Assembly (NCBI GenBank): GCA_023898625.1
Contig: CP060231.1
Coordinates: 276,258-340,257, forward strand
Direction: 5' to 3'
From: Candidatus Nomurabacteria bacterium
Lineage (GTDB): Bacteria > Patescibacteriota > Saccharimonadia > Saccharimonadales > JAGQNJ01
Length of the DNA: 64,000 nt
Part shown: one piece after another, positions 44,686 to 53,749 of the stretch
Layout of the letters: every line of letters starts with the position of its first letter
How positions within the stretch are numbered: the first letter of the stretch is position 1
The notes under the pieces: generated by a model
Seen by the model: only the letters and a program-made list of their open reading frames with translations
The model's database searches: none
What the model was told of the DNA's origin: nothing
Made by a program: the position numbers and the translations under genes

Positions 44686-45683
44686 ATGATCATAAACCAA
44701 CATTTCGTAGATTTACTATCAACTCTTACGCCTACAGCTTCGGAGAAAACAGGCTATGCTTCCCACAGGACTTCAATTGAAGCGAAGCTTGAGTCTTCGT
44801 TTAATGTAACGTTCACCATGGAAACAGGTTCATTTAGAAGTGGTACGGGCGTGAGATACCACACCGACTTAGATGTACTTGCCTCAATACCTTCCACTTA
44901 TCAAAAAGACAATTCTTACAATATGTTATTGGCTATTAAAAAGCCTTACAAGAACGGTATGGTGAAAGCGGAATATACATCAGAACACCATCTGTGGTCT
45001 GTGCCTTTAGTGGGAACAAGACCATTGAAATCACACCTGGATATTATAAGTATCAGACTGATTACCGCTATAACGTTTACAAAATCCCAGATTTTGATGG
45101 TGATTGGCAAATTGCAACACCGTCAGCACATATAGCCTACGTTAATGGCGTGAACAACAGGTTGGATAAGAAAGTTAAACACGTTATTCGCTTAATCAAA
45201 GATATTAAATATGCACATAATATCCCTATATCTTCGTTTTATCTTGAGATGAGGACAGCAAAGCATTGCGATGATGAAACATTCATATCTTACGCAGAAG
45301 ACGTACACAATACGCTCAATAGGCTCGTTAATGACGAGCTGGCGTTAATGCAAGACCCTGTAGGAATCGCAGGATATATTGAGCCTTGCAGTACTGACGC
45401 AAAGAAGACCGAAGCACTTTCAAATCTTACATCTGTCAGAAATCGTGCTAAATGGGCTATTGAAGAAGAAAAGGCTGGGAATCACACAAAGGCTCTTGAA
45501 TGGTGTTTTATTGAAGTTGACTCAAAAGAAGGCGGCGTCAAAACGTTGCGAGAAGGATTATCAGAGCTTGTAGCACGACAACAAGAAATAAACGGAACCG
45601 CATACATACCTTCACCAAAGGCTCGTGAAAGAGCTGAGAAAAACATAAAGAATGGCCGTCAGAACTACGAGGTTGATGAGTAA
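44686..45683 (+). pseudogene. SMODS/CD-NTase-like nucleotidyltransferase interrupted by a -1 frameshift
   Basis: Frame 1 (44686..45135) carries GSFRSGTGVRYHTDLDV (the GS...DxD NTase core). The continuation (W..ATPSAHIAYV...IRLIKDIK...SFYLE) is in the -1 frame from about 44943 (ORF 44994..45683). The shift maps to T-AAA-AAG at 44937-44943. Confidence 0.6.
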
Positions 45684-45902
45684 TTTTAAGCAAAGTATAT
45701 AGGTAAGCGTGGTGGGTAGTGTTTTATAGGGCGTTTGAGCCATTATAAGCAAGGAACAGTGACCTAACCTGCTCTAGTATGCTGTACCAATTAGTATTTA
45801 CCATAACATCGAGTATTATTCTCATTATTTTAACCATAACTTGTATTGACAAACGGAAAATACTGCGAGACAATTACTGTAAATAGCAATCAAGAAATAA
45901 TT

Positions 45903-46487
45903 ATGGATAATCAAAACCAGCAACAAACACCAAAACAGAATCGGATGCCAATAGTTGTTATTTTATTGGTTCTCTTGGTAGCTATAATTATTGTGGCTGT
46001 TTATGCGTTTAATAAGATTGGCAATCGTCCTCAACAGACCGACAACAGTCAAACCAGCGCTACAGAACAAACAATTAATAAAACCGCGGAACTTTCAACA
46101 GATCCTAGTATCATGACAAGCAAGAGTGGCGAGGTTGTAACATTCTCCATTTGGCTAGATACCGGCAATCAAAAGGTTAGTACCGTAGAGGCTATTCTTA
46201 ACTACCCAGTCGATCAATATGACTTTGTTAGTATTGATGACTCTGAAAGTGCATTTTCAATTAATGCAGAGGCAACAGGACAAAATGGAATTGTAACCAT
46301 TGCACGAGGACAAATAGATGGTGTATCAGGAAAAGTTTTAGTCGGAAAGGTCAATTTAAAAACAAAAACATCCTCCGGACAAGGAAACCTAACATTTTCT
46401 GATGATTCAAAAGTCCTAACCTTATCAGATGATCCACAAAATATTCTAAATGAAACATCAGGGGCAACCCTACAAATAGAAAACTAG
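45903..46487 (+). CDS. membrane-anchored cohesin-like domain protein
   Basis: ORF track 45846..46487; ATG 45903 (MDNQNQQ) preferred. One TM. The C-terminal domain resembles a cohesin module. Confidence 0.55.
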   Translation: MDNQNQQQTPKQNRMPIVVILLVLLVAIIIVAVYAFNKIGNRPQQTDNSQTSATEQTINKTAELSTDPSIMTSKSGEVVTFSIWLDTGNQKVSTVEAILNYPVDQYDFVSIDDSESAFSINAEATGQNGIVTIARGQIDGVSGKVLVGKVNLKTKTSSGQGNLTFSDDSKVLTLSDDPQNILNETSGATLQIEN

Positions 46488-46498
46488 GAGACAAGTTC

Positions 46499-48043
46499 AT
46501 GAATACCCAGCCAGGTTCACACTTTAAAAAACGAACACCTTTCATTATTGTTACGTTACTGGTTGGGATTGTTGGCTGTGTTATCCTGCTACAAAGCTAT
46601 GCTGCGGTCCCAAATCCTCCCTCCGTATATTTAACTCCAGAAAATACCGCCAATGGCCCTGGTAAGCAAGTAAGAATTCAAGTTAGAGAAAACAGCGGAA
46701 CAGCCGCAATAAACGCAACCGAGGTTGCTATTACATACCCTGCAAACTTGATAGAGTTTAATTCGTTTGATGACACCGGAAGTTTATTTTTGACTAAACC
46801 TGACCCTGTAATTACGAGCGGAAAAGTCGTCCTAAGTCGAGGTATTAACGCTGGTACCAGCAATTTAACAGGCGACCAACTAATAACTACTTTAGTCTTT
46901 ACAACAAAAACTTCGTCTGGAACCGCTAATCTTGCTATTGTTGCAAATGAAACTTCTGTACTTAACGCCACAACTTATCAAAACATTATTACAGGAAGTG
47001 GTCGAACCCAAGGCGCAAACGTAGTTGTCGATGCCACTCCGCCAACTGTATCGGTGACGGGTACATCAAATAATCAAGTTCTGTCTAGCAATTCTACTGT
47101 TCCTATAAATATCAATACTACAGATGCAACTGGCGCAACAAGACTAGATATACGTATTGATGGCAAAACTGTTTTGGCTCCAAATATAACCAGTCCAACC
47201 TACATCTTTCAATGGAATACGACTGGGTTAAGTATTGGCAACCATACTATCCAAGTTCTAGCTAGTGATTCATACGGTAATACTGGCCAATCTGCAATCA
47301 CTACGGTTTCTATTGCCGACAAGACACCACCAACAGTCGCCCTAACTGTACCATCAAGTCCACTAAAAGGTGTTGTTACGTTAAGTGCAACTGCTTCTGA
47401 TAGTGGCGGTTCTGGATTAAATAGAGTAGAGTTCTATGCTGGGTCAACCCTTATTGGTTCAGATAATACAAGCCCTTATCAAGTATCCTGGAATACTAAT
47501 GATGGAAAGTACGCCGATGGTTCATATAGTATCACAGCAAAAGCCTATGATAACGCCAACCCCTCGAACACTTCTACTAGTACACCATCTAATGTCACGG
47601 TTCAAAATACCGACAAAACACCTCCTTCAGCCCCAACAAATCTTAATGTTAAATCGGTCACCATGAATAGTGTCAATCTGGCTTGGAATGCTAGCTCTGA
47701 CAATGTTGGAGTAACGGGGTACCAAGTTAGTAGAAATGGTACGGTAATAAATACCGTAGCAGGAACATCATTTACAGACAACAACCTTACTCCAGGGACA
47801 AGCTATTCGTATTCTGTAGTTGCAATCGACGCAGGAGGCAATAAGTCCGCTCAAGTCAGCGTAAATGCAACAACTCTCGCTCAAAAGATCGGGGACTTCA
47901 ATCAAGATGGCAAAGTATACCTAGATGACCTAGCAGGACTGCTAGCAAATTGGAAAAAGGCAAATCCACTATACGACCTAGATAAGAAGGGGTCTGTTGA
48001 TATTGTTGACCTTGCTATATTCCTTGCAAACTATGGCAAGTAA
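46499..48043 (+). CDS. surface protein: cohesin-like domain, two Ig-like repeats, FN3 domain, C-terminal dockerin
   Basis: AGGAG RBS and a signal/TM segment. FN3 (PPSAPTNL...WNASSDNVGVTGYQV). Dockerin EF-hand-like duplicate (DFNQDGKVYLDDL ... DLDKKGSVDIVDL). Confidence 0.7.
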   Translation: MNTQPGSHFKKRTPFIIVTLLVGIVGCVILLQSYAAVPNPPSVYLTPENTANGPGKQVRIQVRENSGTAAINATEVAITYPANLIEFNSFDDTGSLFLTKPDPVITSGKVVLSRGINAGTSNLTGDQLITTLVFTTKTSSGTANLAIVANETSVLNATTYQNIITGSGRTQGANVVVDATPPTVSVTGTSNNQVLSSNSTVPININTTDATGATRLDIRIDGKTVLAPNITSPTYIFQWNTTGLSIGNHTIQVLASDSYGNTGQSAITTVSIADKTPPTVALTVPSSPLKGVVTLSATASDSGGSGLNRVEFYAGSTLIGSDNTSPYQVSWNTNDGKYADGSYSITAKAYDNANPSNTSTSTPSNVTVQNTDKTPPSAPTNLNVKSVTMNSVNLAWNASSDNVGVTGYQVSRNGTVINTVAGTSFTDNNLTPGTSYSYSVVAIDAGGNKSAQVSVNATTLAQKIGDFNQDGKVYLDDLAGLLANWKKANPLYDLDKKGSVDIVDLAIFLANYGK

Positions 48044-48200
48044 ATTTAGATTTATCCAAAATAATAGACGATATCTTTCAGGTGTTTGACTATAACTACG
48101 TGTCTTTGATATACACATAACGCAGAACACGAATCTTTACGCTTAGCCAGTATAAATATTAAATCAATACAGTGAAGGGTTTTTGAGTTTGGATTTTAAG

Positions 48201-48782
48201 CTAGAACCTAATTTTGTGCATTAACTTATCGATTAATGGCTGCTCACGGTTTTCTTGGGGTAAAAACTTACCCAACGAAGAGATAATTACATCTTCGTCC
48301 TTAGGGTCATAATACATACTTATCGCGGGCATGAATCGTTGCATAGGAAGGATATCTATTGATCTTATGGTTCCTTCTTCTATAACTGCAAAAGACTTCA
48401 TAGTTCTGTACAAGTGTAATTTATCTCCGATTCGGATGCCTTTATCAGATATCTCATAATTCAATACCCTTGGCTTCCTTGAAGCAAATACAATAAATAG
48501 CACGCCTAAAGCTATTGTCACTATTGTAGATATTGTATCTTTTGTTACTAAGAAAATAAGTCCAGCTACTAAAATTACTCCCGCAACGGCCAGAACATAC
48601 CATGATTTATTTTTTTGGTATGCAATGAATTCAGATGCTGTCCAAGATATCTGCGTATTAGGTTGAGTTTGTGAAGCTATGGGCTGAGAAAACTGAGACC
48701 CGTCCGATCCTGGCTGAGCTGAGTTATACTGCCAATTAGTTGGTGGTTGATTTGTATTCTGAACCTCGGGTGGCATAAGCAT
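48201..48782 (-). CDS. hypothetical two-TM membrane protein (bPH-like C-terminal region)
   Basis: Q/P-rich N-terminus, two adjacent TMs and a cytoplasmic C-terminal domain. Confidence 0.5.
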   Translation of the reverse strand: MLMPPEVQNTNQPPTNWQYNSAQPGSDGSQFSQPIASQTQPNTQISWTASEFIAYQKNKSWYVLAVAGVILVAGLIFLVTKDTISTIVTIALGVLFIVFASRKPRVLNYEISDKGIRIGDKLHLYRTMKSFAVIEEGTIRSIDILPMQRFMPAISMYYDPKDEDVIISSLGKFLPQENREQPLIDKLMHKIRF

Positions 48783-48806
48783 ATTCTATCATGACACACA
48801 GCGATG

Positions 48807-49475
48807 TTAGTAGTAATTATTGAATATAAAATTCTTAAGTCGCATAAATAGCTTGTAAAAGAGAATAAATATATGTAGTGTCACTATTGTTCCAAATATC
48901 GCTATTAATAGCTTGAATATGCTACCAACCTCGCTTAATGACTGTAGTCCTAATTGAAACAATGTAGACCACGCTGGAATTAGTATGTTTAAGGCGAATA
49001 ACGTATAAAACAAGAAAAGTAATATGCTAGAGCAGAAAAACAGTGTATGAGACAATGTAGTGCCCCACCAACCTTCTGTATCACCTTCATCTTTTTGTTG
49101 GGCAGGTGATTTTTTTAGTTTAGCGGTCACGACATCGTCGTAAACTTCAATTGCCATATTCTGAAACACCCAAATACCCATATATACAACGCTCCCGATT
49201 CCCAACCAGAATATAAATAGCACCACCCTACCTAGTATTGGTATGGCGAGCAAACTTGATATATATTCAAGCCGTTGCCCAAAAACCTCACCAACAGACA
49301 ATGGAGTGACTGGACTACCATCGGCTAGTATAACTAGTAGTGTTCTATTACTAGCTACACCCAACACTAATAAGCTGGCGAAAAAATATGGAATTAGCTC
49401 GATAGGACTTGGTAATAAAAATTGAGTAATGAATAGTTTAATTTTTGATGTTCGCGAATAATCTTGATGTTCCAT
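48807..49475 (-). CDS. hypothetical polytopic membrane protein
   Basis: 222 aa with about six hydrophobic segments. Confidence 0.5.
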   Translation of the reverse strand: MEHQDYSRTSKIKLFITQFLLPSPIELIPYFFASLLVLGVASNRTLLVILADGSPVTPLSVGEVFGQRLEYISSLLAIPILGRVVLFIFWLGIGSVVYMGIWVFQNMAIEVYDDVVTAKLKKSPAQQKDEGDTEGWWGTTLSHTLFFCSSILLFLFYTLFALNILIPAWSTLFQLGLQSLSEVGSIFKLLIAIFGTIVTLHIFILFYKLFMRLKNFIFNNYY

Positions 49476-49538
49476 TTGTATATATTCTACTAGTTATTCA
49501 ACAAATAATAAAATATCGGTGGTGAATAGCTAAAAACT

Positions 49539-49567
49539 TTGATTACGATACTTATAGATGATATAAT
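49539..49567 (+). promoter_or_regulatory. sigma70-like promoter of the tRNA-Ser pair
   Basis: TTGATT (49539-49544), 17-nt spacer, TATAAT (49562-49567). Lies about 22 nt upstream of the first tRNA. Confidence 0.5.
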
Positions 49568-49588
49568 TTACCTCTGTTAGTGGCGACC

Positions 49589-49681
49589 GGAGAGGTACCC
49601 AAGTGGCTGAAGGGGACGGTTTGCTAAATCGTTAGGGGGGAGAGATCTCCCGCGAGGGTTCGAATCCCTCTCTCTCCGCCA
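49589..49681 (+). tRNA. tRNA-Ser (anticodon GCU), CCA encoded
   Basis: Manual fold: acceptor GGAGAGG/TCTCTCC, anticodon loop TTGCTAA, long variable arm, T-arm GAGGG-TTCGAAT-CCCTC. Confidence 0.9.
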
Positions 49682-49694
49682 TTAACATACACCA

Positions 49695-49784
<90 letters not shown>

Positions 49785-49950
49785 AATTTCGTATTTTGCT
49801 TTGCAAAATGCGCCGCCAAAAGTGGAGTTGTGTTTGCCCCGCCCACCCGTGCGCACACAACGATGTTACTCCCTAAAGAAGTTGAATAATTGCTATCCAT
49901 AGACCAATCATACAACATTTGATAAAATCAATGCAAGTGGACAAACCTTT

Positions 49951-50157
49951 ATGAAAAACGAAGTTTTGCAATTCGGCAAAAAATTAAGAGAGATGCGCTT
50001 AAAAAAGAAGTTATCACAAGGCGATATGGCAAGAACTTTAGGCGTCCACCGGTCGTATATTAGTGGCTTAGAGCGCGGAAGGCGCAATCCTTCGCTTTTA
50101 ACTGTTCATAAGGTCGCTAAAGCCCTAGGGATTGCGCCTGATGAATTATTGAAATAA
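49951..50157 (+). CDS. XRE-family HTH transcriptional regulator
   Basis: 68 aa. LSQGDMARTLGVHRSYISGLERGRRNPSL is a canonical Cro/C1 HTH. Confidence 0.8.
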   Translation: MKNEVLQFGKKLREMRLKKKLSQGDMARTLGVHRSYISGLERGRRNPSLLTVHKVAKALGIAPDELLK

Positions 50158-50159
50158 TT

Positions 50160-50978
50160 ATGATTGAAAATTTTTACAAATTGGATAAAAGAGGTATTGC
50201 GGATTTGGTTCGTAATTTTGTGGAGCAAGATTTTTATTCGAAATTTCCTGAACTCAAAGACAGTGTTTCCATTGTTGCAACTGGTTCTGTGGCGACACAA
50301 AATTACGATCAATACAGTGATATTGATTTAGCAATAATTTTCCAAAACGCCGAAGAAGCTGGAAAGTATCTTCCAGTGATAAAAGAATACAAAAAGCATA
50401 TTCGCGAAATTAAGGAACCGATCCAAGTTCACAAGCCAACAACCTATGAGGAAATCGAGTCGGAGTTAACAACTTGGCAACAGGACAACTTACTGCGCGA
50501 ATACTCTCAAGCATTAGTAATAGAAGACCCAAATGATAGATTTCTCAAAATTCAGGAAAGGTTTTTGTACTATCCAGAGGAAATTTTTCAAGAAAAAATT
50601 TCCTGGCTCTTTGCCGAAACTACTTTTCAGATTAAAGAGCGGCTTGAAATTGCAGTAGCTCGTAAAGATATATATTTTTGCGAAGTGGTCAAAATGCAAA
50701 TTGTGAGACTTTTTCTGAACACACTGCTTCTTCTCAACAAAAAATGGCCCGCTTTTGATAAGCACCTCTATCAGGATGTTAGAAAAATGACGAAACAGTA
50801 TGATATATCAATCGTTGAGAAACTTATTGCTGAACAGGAGATTGAAAAGTTACTCCCATTGGTAAATCAGATAAAGGCGCAGTTAGAAAAACTGCTGCTT
50901 GAAGCAAATATAATAAAACATGAGACGGAGCAGTATTGGATAGATTTACGTCCTAAATATCAAATCAAACTTGGTTAA
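50160..50978 (+). CDS. Pol-beta-superfamily nucleotidyltransferase with helical C-terminal domain
   Basis: GS-x11-DIDL motif (ATGSVATQNYDQYSDIDLAIIF). Starts 2 nt after the XRE stop. Confidence 0.65.
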   Translation: MIENFYKLDKRGIADLVRNFVEQDFYSKFPELKDSVSIVATGSVATQNYDQYSDIDLAIIFQNAEEAGKYLPVIKEYKKHIREIKEPIQVHKPTTYEEIESELTTWQQDNLLREYSQALVIEDPNDRFLKIQERFLYYPEEIFQEKISWLFAETTFQIKERLEIAVARKDIYFCEVVKMQIVRLFLNTLLLLNKKWPAFDKHLYQDVRKMTKQYDISIVEKLIAEQEIEKLLPLVNQIKAQLEKLLLEANIIKHETEQYWIDLRPKYQIKLG

Positions 50979-50983
50979 AAACT

Positions 50984-51598
50984 ATGCCGAAAAAAGAGAT
51001 CATTCTAAAAAGTGGTAACACTATTATAAATTTTGACGAAGCGGATTTGCCCATGCTTATTCATGGAGCGGCCCACGCTGGCGCATCTCTCTTTTCGGTT
51101 ACGGCCATCGTAAATTTATTCCTAGCCGAAAGAAAGGTGTTATTTTTCACCGCATATCCAATGGCTAAGGAAGAATTTAGTGAGCAGATAAAAGACACTG
51201 ACAAAGAAAATAAGGTCTTTTATCTCCAGAACCATTCAGATATTAAAGAGGCGCACAAGTATGAGGTTGTTATCGTAAAAAGTGGTGATTCTGATTTATG
51301 TACGCAGACAATAAAAGCACTGTCGGATGTGGATGAAAGAATAATTTTTGTGAAGAACATTGAATCTATTTTAACGAAAGAGCTTTTTGAGGTTGTCTCA
51401 AGGTTTCAAAAAATTATTCTTTCGGGTGATTTAGACCAAGTTGAATTTAGAAATGAAATTGTAAAAATTGAATTTCTAACAAAGATTTTGTTCTCTACTT
51501 CAGAGATAGATTTGAAAGTGAAATTGCCCGAATTAGAAAAATACGTTGGCTTTATGAGTGGCAGACAATCAGGGCTGGTAACAACCCGTATTCCTTGA
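50984..51598 (+). CDS. hypothetical protein with degenerate P-loop-like motif
   Basis: 204 aa. HGAAHAGAS resembles a Walker A lacking the Lys. Later VVIV...D and IIFV hydrophobic strands. Confidence 0.45.
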   Translation: MPKKEIILKSGNTIINFDEADLPMLIHGAAHAGASLFSVTAIVNLFLAERKVLFFTAYPMAKEEFSEQIKDTDKENKVFYLQNHSDIKEAHKYEVVIVKSGDSDLCTQTIKALSDVDERIIFVKNIESILTKELFEVVSRFQKIILSGDLDQVEFRNEIVKIEFLTKILFSTSEIDLKVKLPELEKYVGFMSGRQSGLVTTRIP

Positions 51599-51609
51599 TA
51601 AATTGTTTT

Positions 51610-51740
51610 GAGCGGCGCGCCAACTTCGTTGGCACGAAATTGGGCGGCGGCGGAAAGCGAGGGCGGGCAAAAATTCCTTCCCCCCAACCCCCTTCCTTTT
51701 TGCCCGCCCGAGCGTTTCGGTTTTGCGCGCGAAGCGCGCA
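51610..51740. other. GC-rich noncoding segment with three consecutive hairpins
   Basis: GCCAAC-TTC-GTTGGC (51619-51633). A 13-bp stem GGGCGGGCAAAAA/TTTTTGCCCGCCC (51661-51673/51697-51709) with a 23-nt C-rich loop. GCGCGC-GAA-GCGCGC (51725-51739). Confidence 0.6.
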
Positions 51741-51870
51741 ATCATTCAGGGTTTTGCTCAAAGAAAGTTCGAACATCAATCAAAAACGACCGCCATATTA
51801 GAAATTTAGACATCATTCGCATGTATACACAGTAATAGCCGTTTAATAGTACAGGTTAGCCATTAATAAA

Positions 51871-52554
51871 TTAAGTTGTGTAACAAAAAACTATAGCATC
51901 GACTTTTCTGACGCCATTTTCTTTCAATACCTTGGTTGCTTCTGATAGTGTTGCACCGGTTGTGACCACATCATCAACCAATATAACGTGGCTTGGCGTA
52001 TCACCATCACCCGATTTATATCTGAAAGATCCCTTTATTTGCTGTTTTCTCAACGATCTATTTGACCCGACTTGGTGAATGTTGGTTGTTCTCCTTAGAA
52101 TATTCTCGACCTTAAGTCCGGTTTGCTTCGACAATTCATTAGCCAATATTACAGTCTGATCAAAACCACGCTGACGAATATGAGAGGGTATTGTAGGTAT
52201 CGGCACCAGGAATACCTCTTCTGAAGATGGGTAGTAGGGAAGAATGTTGGCCATCGACTTGGCAATTGGCAAACCAACATGACGTTTATAGCCAAATTTA
52301 AATGCTTTGATTAGTTGCTGATTGATGTCTTTGTACTCACCATAAACATACACCGCATTTAGTTTTGTGTTTTTGCGACACTTTATACATACTTTGTGGT
52401 CTTTTGTAATTGAGTGACACAAGAAACATCTACTAGGCAAGGGATCGTATTGTAACCTACAATTATCGCACCAAATTATTCCCTCACTATTACACTCTAG
52501 GCATACCTCTGGAGCTATAAAATCTAATATCCTGGTTAATATAGTTGTTGTCAT
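51871..52554 (-). CDS. comFC: ComF-family phosphoribosyltransferase-domain protein
   Basis: N-terminal Cys4 zinc-finger-like motifs. C-terminal PRTase motif ILVDDVVTTGATL. Confidence 0.8.
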   Translation of the reverse strand: MTTTILTRILDFIAPEVCLECNSEGIIWCDNCRLQYDPLPSRCFLCHSITKDHKVCIKCRKNTKLNAVYVYGEYKDINQQLIKAFKFGYKRHVGLPIAKSMANILPYYPSSEEVFLVPIPTIPSHIRQRGFDQTVILANELSKQTGLKVENILRRTTNIHQVGSNRSLRKQQIKGSFRYKSGDGDTPSHVILVDDVVTTGATLSEATKVLKENGVRKVDAIVFCYTT

Positions 52555-52680
52555 TATTGTGTTGTAAATATATGTTACGAATTTGCCTTAAGCACTTATT
52601 GTAGTCTATACTTCTAGATAAGACAAAAATCTAAAAAGATAGTTAGTTAATAATAGTACACATAGTGGAGGGTAACAACT

Positions 52681-53184
52681 ATGGCGCGTAAGCAACGAGA
52701 TGATGATTTGTTGATGGAAGATGAGCTTACTGCCGCATTCTTGGGTGAGGATGAATTTGAAGAAACTGCGGTTATTCAAGAACAAGACACGGATCAAGAT
52801 CCACAACAAAACCAAACACCATTACCTGCTCAGGATGAATGGGATGAAGAGGAAGCTGTTCCTGGACAGCTAGCAGTAGACGTTTTTGAGACTAAAGAAA
52901 AACTTGTGGTTAAGGCTAGGACGGCCGGTGTAAACAAGCACGATCTTGATGTCAGTATTGCAGACAATACACTGAGCATCCGTGGAACATTATCAGCAGG
53001 GAATGAAGATGATGTAATTAATTATTTTGTGCAAGAATGTTATTGGGGAGAGTTTTCTCGTAGCCTAGCATTACCAATTGCCGTAAAAGAAGATGAAATT
53101 GAGGCAGTCCTAAAAGATGGTGTATTGACTATTTCTTTCACTAAAGTAAAACAAGATACCGTTAAAAAGATCCAGATTCAATAA
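52681..53184 (+). CDS. Hsp20/alpha-crystallin small heat-shock protein
   Basis: Acidic N-terminus followed by an alpha-crystallin domain (AVDVFETKEKLVVKA...GV.K.DLDVSI..N.L.I.G ... LP.). Confidence 0.85.
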   Translation: MARKQRDDDLLMEDELTAAFLGEDEFEETAVIQEQDTDQDPQQNQTPLPAQDEWDEEEAVPGQLAVDVFETKEKLVVKARTAGVNKHDLDVSIADNTLSIRGTLSAGNEDDVINYFVQECYWGEFSRSLALPIAVKEDEIEAVLKDGVLTISFTKVKQDTVKKIQIQ

Positions 53185-53221
53185 ATACTACATATCAAAT
53201 GTAAGTATGCCATTTTAAAAA

Positions 53222-53248
53222 TAACCCTAAAACTAGGGTTATTTTTTT
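53222..53248. terminator. rho-independent terminator, probably bidirectional (hsp20 and pilin operon)
   Basis: TAACCCTA-AAAC-TAGGGTTA followed by T7 and preceded by an A-run. Confidence 0.8.
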
Positions 53249-53267
53249 AAGAAACTGTGACCACTAT

Positions 53268-53672
53268 CTATGTAGTTGAAACTTTATTAAGAACAAACTT
53301 GACAATTACTTGAGCAAGAGCGACGATCACTAATCCAACTATCGCATAAAGAATAGTATTTTTTGCTCCACTGACGTTTCCAGAATCGCCCCCAGAAGTG
53401 ATGTACTTAAGCCCTCCGACGATTATCATAATAACCGAAACAACACCTACTATTAACGAAAATATATTGATAACGGTAGCTATTATGTCATTGACTGTAC
53501 CTTCTGCGCCACTTACATCACAGCTCTGATCGGTACTCAAACAGCTTCCTTGTTCAAGGCCTTGTTGAATATTTGGTGTTTGAGCATGAATACTCACCGG
53601 AATAGCTAGAGGTACTAGCGCTAAAGAAAGGCTGATGAGCCAGGCGTTTATTTTATTAGTTAACTTTTTCAT
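53268..53672 (-). CDS. T4SS pilin-like protein (TrbC/VirB2-like), paralog 6
   Basis: Signal peptide and a Cys pair (CLSTDQSC). Conserved C-terminal block GGLKYITSGGDSGNVSGAKNTILYAIVGLVIVALAQVIVKFV. Confidence 0.7.
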   Translation of the reverse strand: MKKLTNKINAWLISLSLALVPLAIPVSIHAQTPNIQQGLEQGSCLSTDQSCDVSGAEGTVNDIIATVINIFSLIVGVVSVIMIIVGGLKYITSGGDSGNVSGAKNTILYAIVGLVIVALAQVIVKFVLNKVSTT

Positions 53673-53749
53673 AATATTAGGTATTTTCCTTTCGTTATTG
53701 GATTAATTACACTTTACTATATTTTTATAAGCATTTTCAAGTAGTTATT

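Larger units (their letters stand above)
36959..45700. mobile_element. putative tRNA-Arg-adjacent genomic island / degraded integrative element or prophage remnant carrying purine-biosynthesis genes
   Basis: Begins at the tRNA 3' end with recombinase remnants and a small HTH protein. The pur cargo hand-counts to about 46% GC, against about 38-41% nearby. Ends with a frameshifted NTase. The right boundary is approximate. Confidence 0.4.

Noticed and set aside
51406-51835. Four overlapping ORFs of 68-111 aa in the GC-rich spacer after the cassette.
   Set aside because: They lie in hairpin-rich noncoding sequence, overlap on both strands and have low-complexity G/A/P/R composition typical of GC-rich artefacts.
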